Numbered from the stretch's first letter, positions 10,313-20,192 are shown. The stretch is DNA of 64,000 bases from Bacteroidales bacterium (GCA_016930375.1 JAFGGU010000082.1:38163-102162), one strand, 5' to 3'. Translations and numbers: made by a program. Notes: generated from the sequence alone by a model not told the origin.

Positions 10313-11383
10313 ATGGTATTTGTAAATAACGAATTGGTATCCCATCATGAAACTTTGAAGGGATACACTCGTAAACGAAAAAACATAATAAGAAAAGTGA
10401 ATTTTTTTGTGAAGAATTTATCCATTTCCGTGAAATCATCATTGATTCTGGCGCTGTTGCTGGTAATCCCGCCTGCCTTTTCCCAAACCACAGATGATTT
10501 AAAAATCAGGGAGGCTATTGCCCGCAACAAGGTGAAAAGTCAGATCAACTGGGATTATAAGTACGTTAAAGATAAACCCGAAAAAACAGGAGTGAAAACT
10601 TCTGTTACCCTGTATTCGGTTAACGGTGATATATCGCAGGTAAACGCTTTAAATCCGAAGGGGGCAGTTTTACACACCGAAAAATATACCTACGACTCGA
10701 AGGGGAATAAAACTGCATACAATCGGACATCCGGTGAAAACTCCTACCGCAAAACATATATCTATAACGAAAAGAATCAATTAATCGAAGAAAACGGTTT
10801 TGATGGTGTAGAGAATTTCAGGAACTTATATACCTACAACGAAAAAGGTGAAATGTCCGAGATCAGGTATATGAAAAAAACTGTCCTGCAGGAAAAGAGG
10901 GTGTTTGTGAAAGACAATACTTCCACCCGGGTCTCAGTCTACAATTCAACAGGAGCTTTGACTTCAAGATTGGTTTTGAAATACGACAGCAAGGGAAACC
11001 TGGTGGAGGAAGCCGTATATGGAATGAATCAAAGCGCACTCGAGAAGAAAACTTACCATTACGATGACAAAAGAAATCTGAAGGAAGAGGCCAGGTATAA
11101 ACTGGATAAGATTGCGCTTAAAACAACCTATAATTACAATGCTTCCGGTGCATTGCTCGAAATTCAGGAAGAAGCACCCGGGGTACCCCGGTATATCAAG
11201 AAGAGTCTTGCCTATGATTCAAAAGGCAATCTGCTTGAGATCAAATGGCGACGCAAGGGTACCGAGGAATTCAACAGTATTGCTTACCAGTATGACGAGC
11301 GGGGATTGTGCATATCGGCAGATACCTATTATCCGGCAACCAAATACAGGGTATTGACCAAGTATACTTACGAGTACTTTTGA
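10313..11383 (+). CDS. Exported protein built of YD/RHS-like short repeats
   Basis: At least 8 repeats of the type Y-x-YD-xKGN-x-xE (YTYDSKGNKTAY, YTYNEKGEMSEI, LKYDSKGNLVEE, LAYDSKGNLLEI ...). The signal peptide SLILALLLVIPPAFSQ sits ~40 aa into the ORF, so the real start is probably GTG at 10397 or 10409. Confidence 0.6.
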   Translation: MVFVNNELVSHHETLKGYTRKRKNIIRKVNFFVKNLSISVKSSLILALLLVIPPAFSQTTDDLKIREAIARNKVKSQINWDYKYVKDKPEKTGVKTSVTLYSVNGDISQVNALNPKGAVLHTEKYTYDSKGNKTAYNRTSGENSYRKTYIYNEKNQLIEENGFDGVENFRNLYTYNEKGEMSEIRYMKKTVLQEKRVFVKDNTSTRVSVYNSTGALTSRLVLKYDSKGNLVEEAVYGMNQSALEKKTYHYDDKRNLKEEARYKLDKIALKTTYNYNASGALLEIQEEAPGVPRYIKKSLAYDSKGNLLEIKWRRKGTEEFNSIAYQYDERGLCISADTYYPATKYRVLTKYTYEYF

Positions 11384-11476
11384 AATTTACCTACAACTTA
11401 CAACATACAACAAACAACCCTTCCAACCATTACAACTTTTACTACCTTTGCGCCTTCAATCGAATATCATTTCCGC

Positions 11477-12091
11477 ATGCTGCTGAAAATACATCCCGAA
11501 ACTCCGGGACTTAGACAAGTTCAAAAAGCCGTTGAGATACTACAGGATGAAGGTGTAATTATTTTTCCAACGGATACGGTATATGGCCTGGGATGCGATG
11601 TTTTTTGCCATAAGGCGGTAGAACGTGTGGCCAGGCTGAAAGGTATCAACCTGGAAAAGGCCAACTTCTCATTTATATGTCATAGCCTCAGTCAGTTAAC
11701 TGATTATGCCAAACATGTTAATAATCCCACTTTCAAATTGTTGAAACAGTATCTGCCTGGTCCGTACACCTTTATTCTTGAGGCGAGCAGCAACGTGCCC
11801 CGGATATTCCGGACCCGAAAGAAGACCATTGGCATCAGGATTCCGGATAATAAAATCATTCTCGAAATTACACGAAGCCTGGGTAATGCGATATTGACCA
11901 CGTCCATTCATGACGAGGACGAATTGCTCGACTATACAACGGATCCCGAATTGATACATGATCATTATAAAAACCAGGTTGATGCTGTAATCCACGGCGG
12001 ATATGGACACAATGTACCTTCAACTGTAATCGATTGTACCGGTCCTGTCCCCCATGTCGTCCGCCAGGGAATAGGCGAGGTCAACTTTTAG
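11477..12091 (+). CDS. tsaC: L-threonylcarbamoyladenylate synthase (YrdC/TsaC family)
   Basis: 204 aa with the YrdC-domain motifs PTDTVYGLGCD and GIRIPD. The 3' end overlaps the convergent comEC by 11 nt. Confidence 0.85.
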   Translation: MLLKIHPETPGLRQVQKAVEILQDEGVIIFPTDTVYGLGCDVFCHKAVERVARLKGINLEKANFSFICHSLSQLTDYAKHVNNPTFKLLKQYLPGPYTFILEASSNVPRIFRTRKKTIGIRIPDNKIILEITRSLGNAILTTSIHDEDELLDYTTDPELIHDHYKNQVDAVIHGGYGHNVPSTVIDCTGPVPHVVRQGIGEVNF

Positions 12092-14276
12092 AACCCCGCA
12101 TTTTATTTTTATGTTCCTGTAAAAAAGCTCCCTGTTCAGTAACATACCAGCACGGAACAGCCATTTGCTCACCTGAATTCTTCCATTGCAAAGCCTGAAA
12201 ACGGGTTACTGATGAATCAAGAACAAGAAGATCCATATCAAACAGTTTCGTAATGGATTCCAGGTCAGGTTTCACCTTGCCCGATACAATCACCCAATCA
12301 ACTTTCAGCCTGGCCGTTGAGTGATATACTGCTAACCGGTCATCCGACAGGAAAGCAATTCGCTGTCCGTCGAACTCCAGTATCAGGTTGTTGCCCATCC
12401 ACGGAAATTTACAAAATGAATGTCCTGAACCGGAAATTTTATCCCTGACCTTTTCCGGATCTGACAGGAAGAGCAGATGATCAGACACACCATGTTCAAT
12501 CCAGAAATCAGACAATGCATATTGTACGGCATTATTCTGCTGTGAAACTGCCGAATCGCTCCAGAATACTCCTGAAGTGCCCGATATAAAGCTCATAGAG
12601 GATATACCTTTTAGATTGCTGACAAGAAAGATCTTCTGATCAGCATTATCCATCTGATGGAAAATGCTTAATACCTGAAAAACCAGGATCAGCGAAAGAG
12701 ATATCAACAGCAGCCTATGATTCTTGTAAAGAAGAAAAAGGGCAAAGAAAAGAGTCAGTAAAAACAGAACTGCGGACTGACTCACACTGACATGAATGTT
12801 TTCCATAAGTGCGGCCGGAAGCATTTCCGTGAAAGAAACCGCACCATAAAGACCTCCCAGTAAAACAGCAAGGATTTTTCCCACAATCAGCGCCAAAGGA
12901 TGGATTGCTGAAACAATCAGAAATACAGCGGCAAAAATGATAATAAGGGATACCCATGGAATTACATAGAGATTTGTCAGCCAGAAATAAACCGGAAACT
13001 GGTGAAAGTAATACAGTGTAAATGGAAGCGTAGACAGCTGGGCCGCGCAGGAAACCGTGAACAAACGCCATATTTTGTCGGCCAGTTTATTCTTGAAAAA
13101 CAAGAAACGGTAAAGGATGGGATGATATACCAGTATCCCGAGTACGGCCGAGAACGACAATTGAAAACTGACATCTGCAAGCAATGCAGGTGAGAATGTC
13201 AGCAGGAAAAAGGCAGAAGCAAAAAGAATATTGTAGGTATTGATATGCCGTTTAAGAAGGTTCCCGGTCAGAACAAAACTTATCATAACCGCAGCCCTGG
13301 TCACTGAAGGAGAAAGACCGGTGACAAATGCGAATAACCAGACAAAGAGAATGATGATGGCGGTTTTGAATACCTTTCCCGCAACAGAGCGATCAAAAAT
13401 CAGGAGCACATATCCCAGGGCCATGGCAATAATGGCTACATTAAATCCCGATAAAGCCATCACATGCATGACTCCGGCCCGGGAAAATGCTTGTTTTGTG
13501 CTGGCCTCCAGATCGTTGCGGTAACCGAGGGTCAATGCTGCCAGGATGCCGTAAAGCCTGTTATTCAAACCAATAGTCTGATAAGCTCTTAGCAGATTGC
13601 CCTGTATGAGGCATGAAAGTGACTTTATTGATTTTCCACCTGAATACGTTGATAATTTCCAGTCACCTGATTTCATGTAGGTTTGCCTGTAAATATTTCT
13701 TAGGGCCATGTATCTTCGATAATCAAATTCACCCGGGTTACCCGGTGGTGGAATGTTACTGATGCGGATATTTGCCATCAACCAGTCGCCAGGTTTAAGT
13801 GCCGTTGAAGCTGAATCTCTCTCCATGTAAATCATGATTTTCTGGTTTTCAGGATTCCAGTTTTCATGGAGTATGTTCCATTTGATCCGGGCTGTGGCTT
13901 TTACGGTCCTTACCTTGATCTCAGGTGTATCGACGATCTGAAGGATATATATTCCGCGGATTTCAGCTTTTCTGCCTTCCCGGTCGGCGTAGAGATTCCT
14001 GATATCCATATTTATGTAGCCGGCGATGAATAAGATCAGGGCGGATAACAAACCAGAAAGCCAGTCAGTTTGCAGGTTTTTGCCGTAACCAATCAGCAAC
14101 ATAAGAATTGAAATCAGAACTGCAAGCGCTATAAACAGTAAAGGGAATGAAATCATGCTGAATCCATGGAAGAAATTTGCAGTAAGAATTCCGGCTGCAA
14201 GGAAGAAAAGAAGACGGGCAAAGGGACTTTTTCTAAATATTGGCAATAACTGCATGCAACAGGTAATTAATTGCAA
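12081..14276 (-). CDS. comEC: ComEC/Rec2 family competence channel protein
   Basis: 731 aa, polytopic, with a competence-domain motif (SRAGVMHVMALSGFNV). The C-terminal ~190 aa has no HxHxDH metallo-beta-lactamase motif. Confidence 0.85.
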   Translation of the reverse strand: MQLITCCMQLLPIFRKSPFARLLFFLAAGILTANFFHGFSMISFPLLFIALAVLISILMLLIGYGKNLQTDWLSGLLSALILFIAGYINMDIRNLYADREGRKAEIRGIYILQIVDTPEIKVRTVKATARIKWNILHENWNPENQKIMIYMERDSASTALKPGDWLMANIRISNIPPPGNPGEFDYRRYMALRNIYRQTYMKSGDWKLSTYSGGKSIKSLSCLIQGNLLRAYQTIGLNNRLYGILAALTLGYRNDLEASTKQAFSRAGVMHVMALSGFNVAIIAMALGYVLLIFDRSVAGKVFKTAIIILFVWLFAFVTGLSPSVTRAAVMISFVLTGNLLKRHINTYNILFASAFFLLTFSPALLADVSFQLSFSAVLGILVYHPILYRFLFFKNKLADKIWRLFTVSCAAQLSTLPFTLYYFHQFPVYFWLTNLYVIPWVSLIIIFAAVFLIVSAIHPLALIVGKILAVLLGGLYGAVSFTEMLPAALMENIHVSVSQSAVLFLLTLFFALFLLYKNHRLLLISLSLILVFQVLSIFHQMDNADQKIFLVSNLKGISSMSFISGTSGVFWSDSAVSQQNNAVQYALSDFWIEHGVSDHLLFLSDPEKVRDKISGSGHSFCKFPWMGNNLILEFDGQRIAFLSDDRLAVYHSTARLKVDWVIVSGKVKPDLESITKLFDMDLLVLDSSVTRFQALQWKNSGEQMAVPCWYVTEQGAFLQEHKNKMRGSKS

Positions 14277-14375
14277 ACAAAACCGTACCGAAAATTAGCT
14301 AATTTTTTAATACTATTATACCATACAAGGGTTTAATTATAATTAACCGATAAGGTTTTTAACGAATTAAATTTC

Positions 14376-14383
14376 TAAATTTG
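14376..14383 (+). promoter_or_regulatory. Candidate Bacteroidetes -7 box (TAaaTTTG)
   Basis: Exact TAnnTTTG match 50 nt upstream of the ATG at 14433. No clean TTTG -33 element is present. Confidence 0.35.
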
Positions 14384-14432
14384 CGATCGTGGTCAGACAA
14401 ATGAAAAATAAAATATCTTAAATACATTTAAT

Positions 14433-15446
14433 ATGGTTGATCTTAAAACAAAGTATCTTGGAATAGAATTAAAAAACCCTGTTATTCTCGGAGCGAGCAA
14501 TCTTGTCACTAAAATTGACAATATTAAGAGGGCTGAACAGGCAGGAGCCGCCGCAGTTGTATACAAATCTCTTTTTGAAGAGCAAATTCAGCTTGAGTCC
14601 GCGCAGATGGATGATGAGCTGGAGGAATACAATGAACGCAATGCTGAGATGGTCAAGTTGTTTCCAACCATTGAACATGCCGGACCGGAAGAGCATTTGC
14701 TTAACCTTCGCAAAGTAAAAGAGAGTGTTAAGATACCGGTGATTGCAAGTCTGAATGCCATTTACACCGAGTCATGGATTGAATACGCCGTTTTACTCGA
14801 AAAAACGGGTGTGGATGCACTTGAATTCAATTTTTACTTTGTTCCCAGGGATACCCTGACCGATGGTCGCGACGTCAAGGAGCAGCAGCTGGAGATTCTC
14901 AAAGCCGTTAAATCCAAGGTTAAACTTCCCATCAGCGTGAAACTGAGCCCATTTTATGCAAATCCTCTGAATGTTGTATCTCAGATGGATAAATTGGGTG
15001 TAAACGGATTTGTATTATTCAACAGGCTTTTCCAACCGGATATTGATATTAACAAGGAGGAGCATTTTTCGCCCTTCAATTTAAGTAACCCGGAAGACAA
15101 CAAGCTCAGTCTGCGTTTTGCTGGACTGCTTTATGGCACGATTTCCGGATCAATTTGCAGCAGCACAGGAATATACAGTGGTGCTGATGTGGCCAAGATG
15201 ATACTTGCCGGCGCTGATTGTGTGCAGGTTGTCAGCACTGTGTATAAAAATAAAGTTGAATACATTGCCACCATGCTGAAAGATCTGCAAACCTGGATGG
15301 AATCGAAGAACTACAATAAACTGACCGATTTCAAAGGCAACCTCTCCAATAAAAAGACCAATGATCCTTTTGTTTACAAACGGGCGCAATACATTGATCT
15401 GCTGCTCAAATCAGATCAGATATTCAAAAAGCATCCGATGATGTAG
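14433..15446 (+). CDS. Dihydroorotate dehydrogenase-like flavoprotein (non-canonical)
   Basis: 337 aa with TIM-barrel DHOD/DHPD-family similarity (LKNPVILGASN, PVIASL, LEFN). The canonical NLSCPN active-site loop is replaced by EFNFYFVP. Confidence 0.75.
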   Translation: MVDLKTKYLGIELKNPVILGASNLVTKIDNIKRAEQAGAAAVVYKSLFEEQIQLESAQMDDELEEYNERNAEMVKLFPTIEHAGPEEHLLNLRKVKESVKIPVIASLNAIYTESWIEYAVLLEKTGVDALEFNFYFVPRDTLTDGRDVKEQQLEILKAVKSKVKLPISVKLSPFYANPLNVVSQMDKLGVNGFVLFNRLFQPDIDINKEEHFSPFNLSNPEDNKLSLRFAGLLYGTISGSICSSTGIYSGADVAKMILAGADCVQVVSTVYKNKVEYIATMLKDLQTWMESKNYNKLTDFKGNLSNKKTNDPFVYKRAQYIDLLLKSDQIFKKHPMM

Positions 15447-15455
15447 ATATTATGC

Positions 15456-15480
15456 TAGGCGGAGTTTGTAACTCCGCCTA
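15456..15480. terminator. Stem-loop between convergent genes (no U-tract)
   Basis: TAGGCGGAGT-ttgta-ACTCCGCCTA, a 10-bp perfect stem located between the stops of the DHOD-like gene (+) and def (-). Confidence 0.6.
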
Positions 15481-15505
15481 AAATTATGGCTTTTGATAAA
15501 CACTT

Positions 15506-16060
15506 TTATTTTAAAACTTTAGTTTTATAAGGTACCTGCACCTTAAGTTTGGCAATATCATTCAATCTTCCTTTTAACAACTTCTTTCTGAGTGGGTTAA
15601 TTCTGTCTACGAACAAAATGCCATCCAGGTGGTCGTATTCATGTTGAATTACGCGTGCTTTCAGTCCCTCATATTCTTCTTCCGTGTAATTCCAGTGCTC
15701 ATCATAATACGTGATTCTCACCTTATTGTGACGATCAACATCTTCCCTGAGTTTAGGCAGACTCAAACAGCCTTCGTTCATCACAAGGGTTTCTTCGCCA
15801 AGGATTTGAAGTTTCGGATTGATAAACGCTTTCTTAAAGTCTTTTAAATCGGGATCTTCATCAGCCAGGGAAGTGGCATCCACCACGAAAATCCTGATTG
15901 ATTTGCCGATTTGCGGAGCCGCAAGTCCCATCCCATCGGATTTATACATGGTATCAAACATATCCGATATAAGCGACTTCAGATTCGGATAATCCGCATC
16001 TATTTCTTTCGCAACCTGCCGCAGGATTGGGGAACCATATACCACAATTGGATAGATCAT
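15506..16060 (-). CDS. def: Peptide deformylase
   Basis: All three signature motifs are present: GLAAPQIG, EGCLS and HEYDHL. Confidence 0.95.
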   Translation of the reverse strand: MIYPIVVYGSPILRQVAKEIDADYPNLKSLISDMFDTMYKSDGMGLAAPQIGKSIRIFVVDATSLADEDPDLKDFKKAFINPKLQILGEETLVMNEGCLSLPKLREDVDRHNKVRITYYDEHWNYTEEEYEGLKARVIQHEYDHLDGILFVDRINPLRKKLLKGRLNDIAKLKVQVPYKTKVLK

Positions 16061-16066
16061 GGATCG

Positions 16067-16510
16067 TTAGAAATTTGAAGTTATAGGTTTTATGTTGTTA
16101 TCCCTGTATTCCATGAAAGATTGAAGAATGATGGTGGCGCTAACTGCATCGATCAGCGCTTTGTTTTGCCTGTCTTTCTTTTTAACACCTCCTGAGATCA
16201 TGGCCTGCTGTGCAATTTTGGATGTAAACCGCTCGTCCATAAGATACACTTCTTTTTCAGGAAACGTTTTTTTCAGCACAGCGATAAACGGATCAATGTA
16301 TTTAACAGCTTCGGATGGAGAATTGTTCATTTGTTTCGGGTATCCGACAACAAAAGAATCGACCCTTTCTTTTACCGAATAGGCTAAAAGAAAGGGGATT
16401 ACCTCCGATGAGGGAACCGTGGTTATGCTGTTGGCAATCATCTGCATCGGATCTGTGGCAGCAATTCCTGTTCGTTTACGGCCATAATCTATGGCAACAA
16501 TTCTTCCCAT
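16067..16510 (-). CDS. ruvX: Holliday junction resolvase-like protein RuvX/YqgF
   Basis: 147 aa, N-terminal GRIVAIDYGRKRTGIA, YqgF family layout. Confidence 0.9.
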   Translation of the reverse strand: MGRIVAIDYGRKRTGIAATDPMQMIANSITTVPSSEVIPFLLAYSVKERVDSFVVGYPKQMNNSPSEAVKYIDPFIAVLKKTFPEKEVYLMDERFTSKIAQQAMISGGVKKKDRQNKALIDAVSATIILQSFMEYRDNNIKPITSNF

Positions 16511-16534
16511 CCAGGTTTGGTATTATATTAACGC

Positions 16535-16563
16535 GTAGAGACGGGTTTCAAACCCGTCTCTAC
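16535..16563 (-). terminator. Stem-loop downstream of nifJ
   Basis: GTAGAGACGGGTTTcAAACCCGTCTCTAC, a perfect 14-bp palindrome 23 nt after the nifJ stop. Confidence 0.55.
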
Positions 16564-16585
16564 ATGGTTTAATTTTGCATTATGA

Positions 16586-19500
16586 TTATTTCACCTGCCC
16601 CGAATAATCCATGGCCGCCATTCTCTTGTAGCTGTTGTAACGCCATAAAGCGTTTTCTTCAGCGGCTTTGAAGAGTTCGGCAGCATCTTTCGGAAATGCT
16701 TTTTTAAGAGAAGTATAACGAACCTCGCCATTCAGGAACTCCTGGAATTTGCTCCAGTCAGGTTCTTTGGAATCCAGTTCAAAGGGATTCTTACCTTCTT
16801 TTTCCAAAAGCGGATTATACCTGTAAAGATGCCAGTAGCCAGCCTCAACAGCCAGTTTCTGTTCTTCCTGTGATTTATCCATGCCCAGTCGCAAACCGTG
16901 ATTGATGCAAGGCGCATAGGCAATGATCAGTGATGGGCCCGGATAGGCTTCAGCTTCGCGAAGGGCTTTCAGATATTGATTCTGACTTGCACCCATAGCA
17001 ACCTGGGCTACATAAACGTAACCATAGGTCATGGCCATCGCCCCGAGGTCCTTCTTACGTACCCGTTTACCTGCTGCAGCAAATTTCGCAACGGCACCAA
17101 TCGGTGTGGATTTGGATGCCTGTCCGCCTGTATTGGAATAGACTTCTGTATCCAAAACCAAAATATTGACATTCTCGCCGGACGCTATTACATGATCCAA
17201 TCCGCCGTAACCAATATCATAGGCCCATCCGTCACCACCGAAAATCCAAACTGATTTCTTGATCAGATATTGCTGTAGATCAAGAATTTCCTTAGCAACC
17301 GGATTCTTTTCTCCGGACAATGCGTCAACAACCTTTTGGGACGCTACCTTTGAAGCACGGGCATCATTCCTGGATTCAAGCCATTCCTTGAAAGCCTCGA
17401 TGGATTTATCGGTCAATCCAGGATTGGATTGCACACAATCGTTCATCTTGCGTACAATCCTGGATCTCAATTTTTCGGCGCCCAGGGCAATACCAAGTCC
17501 ATATTCGGCATTATCCTCGAAAAGCGAATTAGCCCAGGCCGGTCCCTTACCTTCCTGGTTGGTACAATAAGGAGTCGAAGGAGCCGAACCACCGTATATG
17601 GAAGAACAACCCGTGGCATTGGCCACCATCATCCGGTCACCGAAAAGTTGCGTTACCAGCTTGATATAGGGTGTTTCACCGCAGCCGCCACAGGCGCCTG
17701 AGAATTGAAATAGTGGCTGTGCGAACTGGCTGTTCTTTACTGATTTATCAACTTCCACCAGATGGTCCTTATTGGTAACCTTGTCAGCCATGTATTCCCA
17801 GCGACCGATTTCTGCGCTCTGAGTACCCAGGTGCTTCATTACCAGTGCTTTCTCTTTTGAAGGGCAAACATCGGCACATACCCCACAACCGGTACAATCA
17901 AGCGGACTTACCTGAATCCGGTATTGAAGGGCTTCAAATCCCTTGCCGTTAGCCTTCAGCGTTACTGTATCGGAAGGCATACCTTTTACTTCTTTTTCAT
18001 CAAGGAGGAAAGGTCGTATGGAAGCATGGGGACAAACAAATGCGCACTGGTTGCACTGTATGCAATTGGCCGGTATCCATTCCGGAACATTCACGGCAAT
18101 TCCGCGTTTTTCATAAACTGTGGTTCCTGCCGGAAATGTACCATCTTCGCGACCTGTAAACGCGCTGACTTTAAGATCATCTCCCCTCATAACATTGATG
18201 GGTTCAACAACCTGCTTGATAAAATCAGGAATATTGCGGGTGTCTTTTTTGGCCTTAATTTCAATATTTGCCCATTCTTTCGGCACTTCAACCCGGGTGA
18301 CATCACTACCGCGATCAATGGAAGCAATGTTCATATTAACGATCTCTTCGCCTTTACGGCTAAAAGTCTTGATAACAGCCTTCTTCATCTGTGACGTGGA
18401 GTCCTCGAACGGGATAACGTTGGCAATCTTGAAAAAGGCCGACTGCATAATGGTGTTGGTACGGTTTCCCAGTCCGATTTCCTCAGCAATCAAAGTGGCA
18501 TTGATAATGTAGAAATTGATCTCTTTCTCAGCCAGTGCCTTTTTAATGTTGTCCGGTAACCGCTTCTTGGTTTCTTCCGCGCTCCAAATGCTGTTCAGCA
18601 GGAAAGTTCCGCCTTTTTTAATCCCCTTCAGCATGTCATATTTATCAAGATAGGAAGGCACATGACAGGCAACAAAATCAGGCGTATTAACAAGGTAAGG
18701 CGAACGAATGGGTTTGTCCCCAAACCGCAGGTGAGAAACCGTAATACCTCCGGATTTTTTGGAATCATAGGCAAAGTAAGCCTGCGCATACTTATCGGTT
18801 GAGTCGCCGATGATCTTGATGGAATTCTTATTGGCACCAACTGTACCATCTGAGCCCAGGCCATAGAATTTGGCTTCAAATGTGCCCTTATGAGAAATGC
18901 TGATTTCAGGCTTAACAGGAAGGGACAGATGGGTCACATCGTCATCGATACCGACTGTGAAGTGTAATTTTGGTTCTTTTGACGCCATGTTTTCAAAAAC
19001 ACTGACAAGCTGCACGGGAGTGGTATCTTTTGAGCTGAGTCCGTATCTTCCTCCCAGGATCAAGGGAGCATTGGCTTTTCCGTAGAACACCTCCTTAACA
19101 TCCAGATATAAAGGTTCTCCGTTGGCACCGGGTTCTTTGGTACGGTCAAGTACCGTTATTTTCTTAACGGATTTCGGGATCACCTTCAGGAAATGTTTCG
19201 TTGAGAACGGGCGGTACAAATGAACAACAACCACACCCAGCTTATCGCCTTTTTCATTCAGGAAATCTGCTACCTCACGCGCTGTTTCCGTAACAGACCC
19301 CATGGCAATCACGATATTTTCAGCATCGGGAGCTCCAAAATACTGAAAAGGAGCGTATTCACGACCGGTAAGTTTTGACATTTCCTTCATATAGTGTTCC
19401 ACCAGATCAGGAATTTTATCATAGAACGGATTTGCTGCTTCCCGGCTCTGGAAATAAATGTCAGGATTCTGCGCTGTACCGCGTGTTACCGGATGGTTGG

Positions 19501-20134
19501 GATTCAGAGCTCTGTCCCTGAATTCCTGCAAAGCTTTATAATCGACAAGTTTAGCCAGATCATCCATTTCGAGAACTTCAATTTTCTGTATCTCAGCTGA
19601 AGTTCTGAATCCGTCGAAGAAATGAAGGAAGGGTACTCTTCCCTTTATGGCAGTAAGGTGGGCTACTCCGGCAAGATCCATGATTTCCTGCACACTGCCG
19701 GTTGCCAGCATGGCAAAACCCGTTTGACGGGCACTCATCACGTCACTGTGATCACCAAATATGGACAGGGCCTGAGCGGCCAGACTACGTGCTGAAACAT
19801 GAAAAACAGCCGGAAGTAATTCGCCGGATATTTTGTACATATTAGGAATCATCAATAAAAGACCTTGAGAGGCTGTATAGGTTGTAGTAAGGGAACCCGA
19901 CTGGAGAGCACCGTGTAAAGCTCCTGCTGCACCTGCCTCAGATTGCATTTCAACTAACCTGACCTCTTCTCCGAAAATATTCTTCTTCCCGTTTGCTGCC
20001 CATTCATCAACATACTCGGCCATGGTTGAAGACGGGGTTATGGGGTAAATAGCTGCAACTTCACTGAACATATACGCAATATGTGCGGCAGCGTAGTTAC
20101 CGTCACAAGTTACAAAATTTTTCTTAGTGCTCAT
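16586..20134 (-). CDS. nifJ: Pyruvate:ferredoxin (flavodoxin) oxidoreductase
   Basis: 1182-aa single-chain PFOR with two ferredoxin motifs (CIQCNQCAFVCP, CTGCGVCADVCP) and the TPP-binding GDGWAYDIGYGGL. Confidence 0.95.
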   Translation of the reverse strand: MSTKKNFVTCDGNYAAAHIAYMFSEVAAIYPITPSSTMAEYVDEWAANGKKNIFGEEVRLVEMQSEAGAAGALHGALQSGSLTTTYTASQGLLLMIPNMYKISGELLPAVFHVSARSLAAQALSIFGDHSDVMSARQTGFAMLATGSVQEIMDLAGVAHLTAIKGRVPFLHFFDGFRTSAEIQKIEVLEMDDLAKLVDYKALQEFRDRALNPNHPVTRGTAQNPDIYFQSREAANPFYDKIPDLVEHYMKEMSKLTGREYAPFQYFGAPDAENIVIAMGSVTETAREVADFLNEKGDKLGVVVVHLYRPFSTKHFLKVIPKSVKKITVLDRTKEPGANGEPLYLDVKEVFYGKANAPLILGGRYGLSSKDTTPVQLVSVFENMASKEPKLHFTVGIDDDVTHLSLPVKPEISISHKGTFEAKFYGLGSDGTVGANKNSIKIIGDSTDKYAQAYFAYDSKKSGGITVSHLRFGDKPIRSPYLVNTPDFVACHVPSYLDKYDMLKGIKKGGTFLLNSIWSAEETKKRLPDNIKKALAEKEINFYIINATLIAEEIGLGNRTNTIMQSAFFKIANVIPFEDSTSQMKKAVIKTFSRKGEEIVNMNIASIDRGSDVTRVEVPKEWANIEIKAKKDTRNIPDFIKQVVEPINVMRGDDLKVSAFTGREDGTFPAGTTVYEKRGIAVNVPEWIPANCIQCNQCAFVCPHASIRPFLLDEKEVKGMPSDTVTLKANGKGFEALQYRIQVSPLDCTGCGVCADVCPSKEKALVMKHLGTQSAEIGRWEYMADKVTNKDHLVEVDKSVKNSQFAQPLFQFSGACGGCGETPYIKLVTQLFGDRMMVANATGCSSIYGGSAPSTPYCTNQEGKGPAWANSLFEDNAEYGLGIALGAEKLRSRIVRKMNDCVQSNPGLTDKSIEAFKEWLESRNDARASKVASQKVVDALSGEKNPVAKEILDLQQYLIKKSVWIFGGDGWAYDIGYGGLDHVIASGENVNILVLDTEVYSNTGGQASKSTPIGAVAKFAAAGKRVRKKDLGAMAMTYGYVYVAQVAMGASQNQYLKALREAEAYPGPSLIIAYAPCINHGLRLGMDKSQEEQKLAVEAGYWHLYRYNPLLEKEGKNPFELDSKEPDWSKFQEFLNGEVRYTSLKKAFPKDAAELFKAAEENALWRYNSYKRMAAMDYSGQVK

Positions 20135-20184
20135 CTTAACTCGCTTATAATTAGTATATTATATGGATATTTTAAAATAAAAGA

Positions 20185-20192
20185 CAAAAATA
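20185..20192 (-). promoter_or_regulatory. Candidate -7 box (TAttTTTG on the minus strand)
   Basis: Plus strand reads CAAAAATA, 51 nt upstream of the nifJ ATG. No -33 TTTG was found. Confidence 0.3.
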
